Source of the DNA: Leucoraja ocellata
Lineage: Eukaryota
Length of the DNA: 64,000 nt
Reading direction: 5' to 3'
Assembly: GCA_036785375.1 (NCBI GenBank)
Contig: JAWMAR010000200.1
Coordinates: 3,782,001-3,846,000 of the forward strand
Of this stretch, positions 60,967 through 64,000 are shown one piece after another. The notes beneath the pieces were generated by a model. That model was given only the letters and a program-made list of their open reading frames with translations. It ran no database searches and had not been told where the DNA came from. Position 1 is the first letter of the stretch, and every line of letters starts with the position of its first letter. The position numbers were made by a program, and so were the translations under genes.

Positions 60967-62629
60967 ACAGGACTGGCGCGTGTTTCTTTTTGGTGAGGAG
61001 GACATGTTTCTGAAGTGACTTTGAAAAAGTGCAGTTAGTGTCTGAATGGCAGTTTATATTTCTGATTTGTTGTGTTGTTAAATATACAATTTTCGTAAGC
61101 TTTTTGAGAGCATGGGACAGATGTTGAGGGATATTTATTACTTTATTAAGTCAATTCAGTTGACATAAAACTCTTGTTTTAAATCAGTGCGATTTTTATC
61201 CTAAAGCAGTAATCAAACAACTTGTTGTAGTACACTATATTTTCTCTAAGCCCCAGGTGACTTTGCAATTTTGTGTGCATATACTAAATTCATACTGGAG
61301 TAATGCTTCCATTAAAGTCATGAAGCAGATGGCGTGAGTAATTGTTATGAAATGGTCCCAGATCAATAAGAATTTTTTTACGAATCACCAAAGAAACATA
61401 TTAATCACCATGGTTACAAAACATCATTAAGATGTGCTCCGCTAGTAATGTATTCCTAAAACAGCTGTTCATAGTGTTTGGACAGAAAAGGTGTTTTGTT
61501 TTGAAGGATATTTATGGTGCAAAATTGAGTCTTCATAACAAAATGTTTTAACAAAGATTTTCCTCATTGTAGACTCTGAACTTATAGTTTTTGTATTATT
61601 GTACCTTTTTCATATAAATTGCTCAGATAATTATTGGTGTTGTGATTAACATTTTTATTTTAATCGAGCAGATCACGTTAGGATTCCATTGCAATAAGGA
61701 ATCAAATCATGATATCTAAAGCATTTATGGCATGTTGTTTTTCCTTTTAAATTTGAATTCCTCAATTCAGCAAAGCCTAAGGCCTAGAAATTGTAATTCA
61801 TCTTAATGCTAGAAAGGGACTCCCATCAGTTTTGTGCAAAGCTCTGGTGCAGTGATATTCAGTTGTGCACAAGGCCCAATCTGTTGTACCCTGCATAAGT
61901 ATACCAATGTGAAAGATTCATTGCAATCTGGGATTGTGCAGAACCAGGAGTGAAAGTGTTTGGAGAGAGGGGAAGGTACGTAACCATGAAGGGAAGGTAA
62001 GGAGGGAGAGCAGTACTGGGGGCTGGGTGTTGAAGGTGAGGAGAAAGGTGTTGGAAAAGAGATTTGTGCACATTAATTTTTAAATCATTTTTATGCAAAC
62101 CAACTAAGTAAGAAAACTTAAAATCCACTTGTTCTGTTTCCTGGCATTTGCTTTAAGCAAAGCAGATATGTGATGCAGGCAGATGCAACATTGAAAGACC
62201 ATTTTGAACCTAGCAGTTGACAGTTCTGCATTTGTGCATCTTCCATTACTTTGTCTTTGTAATGCCTTAATACAGTGTTTCCTCAACTATTTAATAAAAA
62301 CAAGTATTGGGCTGACAGGATCTGCACCCCAACTTCCTTTGATCTGTCTGTTTGCTGCCTGTGAGATGAAGCAAAGTCTTTAAATTCATGCCTGGCAGTA
62401 ATCAAGTTATTATCAATTCTCTTTTATCATCTATCTTTGTGTTCTGACTTGCAATGTAAAGAAATGTTCTTGTTAACAAAACTTGATGAGACTAACTGAA
62501 ACAAATCTTACTGATCCCACTTACCATCTCCATTTATGACCTGTTAACTTGTGTTTTTATATCATATGTTATATTTGATGCAACTTATTTTCTCTTCCAT
62601 TTACCTCCACCATTTAAGGTTGATTTATA

Positions 62630-63378
62630 ATTATAATAATAAGCCTTTATTGTCATTCTACTTAGAAATACAACAAAATTAGGAGGACTACTCCTGATCA
62701 GTGCAACCAAAACAAGTTAAAACAAGATAAAAACACATCCAATTACATCCAATACGTTATTTAACTGCTTGAAATAGATAAATTATATTTATCACGCCTA
62801 AGTAGAACATTGCACTGGGAGAATATTGCACTTTAAAATGTAATAAATACTTTAAAAGAATAAAAAAAGAAGAAATATTAGCTGAGTGGTCTGTTTTATA
62901 GTGGTATGGATGACCCATCTCTTCATGTTGTGTGGATATTTGAAGAATTTAGAGTTCTGATGGCCCAGGGAAAGAAACTGTTCTTGAGACTGTTTGTCTG
63001 GCTTTTGATGCACCTGTACCACCTACCAGAGGGCAGGAGGTTGAACAGGAACTGTCCAGGATGGGAGGGGTCTTTGATTATTTTCCTGGCTCTGCAGAGG
63101 CACAGAGAGTTAGAGATGTCTTCCATGGAAGGCAGAGGGCAGCCGATGATTTTCTGGGCAGTTTTGATCACTCTGCTGGACTCTCCTGTCTGCAGCTGAG
63201 CAGCCGGCATACCACACCATGATACAGTAGGCCAGCACACTCTTGATGGTGGAGCGGTAGAAGGCCACCAGCAGCTTCTCCTCTACACTGTTCTTTCTTA
63301 GCACTCTCAGGAAGTGCAATCGCTGCTGGGGTTTTTTTTTACCACCGCTGAAGTGTTGGCAGACCAGGAGAGGTCTGC
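62630..63378 (-). mobile_element. Rex1/Babar LINE 3' fragment (different subfamily)
   Basis: ORFs 63110-63319 (HFLRVLRK..FYRSTIKSVLAYCIMVWY) and 62923-63240 (IIKDPSHPGQFLFNLLPSGRWYR..NSFFPWAIRTLN); tail AATAAAGGC(TTA)n. Confidence 0.88.
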
Positions 63379-63739
63379 CAACACTTCATTTATTGACCTT
63401 TTTTGTTTCTCCTACATATATAATTGCTTTAAAGCAGGATGAAAAACCTTTTAGATGTTCCTATCTGTTATAAAAGCTAGTGCCAGAGCTTGTGCTTTCT
63501 CGGATTGAAATGTAATTTAATGAGCCCTTTGTGGATTAAAAGCCAGAAGCTTCATGTTTTTGTATTTTTCAAAAGTAGTCGACCAGATTTTTCACATTCC
63601 TTTATTTATCATTTTAACTCTCTTTTATGTCCGAAATAAATGTTCTTACCATTTTGAAGGAGGGCACTTAGCTGATGGAGTTGCTGCCATGTCTCATTTA
63701 CCCATTTATTCCTTTTTAATTTCTATCATGTGCCTATCA

Positions 63740-63945
63740 GCTCCCCACCCCGTATTCCCACCAATACCTCCCACCTACATTTAGAGGTGATTTGCAAAGA
63801 TAAGAACCTACCAACTCACATTTTATGTGGGAGAGAACTGGAGCACCTGGAAGGAACCCAAACCACGTCAAGGAGTACATGCAAACTCCATGCAGACAGC
63901 ACAGGTCAGGATTAAGCCTAGGTTGCTGTGCAGGCAACTTCACCC
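63740..63945 (-). mobile_element. Degraded HE1-type SINE
   Basis: ATGTGGGAG..GGAGCACCTGGAAGGAACCCA..CAAACTCCATGCAGACAGCAC core. Confidence 0.6.
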
Positions 63946-64000
63946 TTTCTTTGTGCTGTCTCTATTTTTTGTCACCTTCTGCACAGCTGCAATGCAGAAT

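Overview
This is eukaryotic, AT-rich, repeat-dense genomic DNA. It is most likely from a cartilaginous fish (skate or ray), inferred from HE1-type SINEs and their partner CR1/HER1-type LINE 3' ends. I could not identify any intact host protein-coding exon, so the window reads as a large intron or intergenic region. All protein-like ORFs are decayed retroelement fragments (CR1, L2, Rex1/Babar, RTE-like, Penelope RT and GIY-YIG). DNA transposon remnants include three non-autonomous Helitron-like elements, two PIF/Harbinger-like MITEs, two Tc1 ends and a Tigger/pogo-like MITE with an elaborate internal fold-back. The most notable signal is about 15 copies of a Penelope pseudo-LTR unit headed by a minimal hammerhead ribozyme motif (CTGAAGA-A-stem II-GAAACGT[C/T]). 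It occurs as ~95-bp solo insertions and as head-to-head inverted pairs, several with clear 11-16 bp target-site duplications. A CCAAT/TCF/Nkx2 motif cluster at ~41.0-41.2 kb may be a promoter or enhancer. There is a 156-N assembly gap at 41908-42063. Boundaries of degraded repeats are approximate, and family names come from recognition by eye, not database searches.
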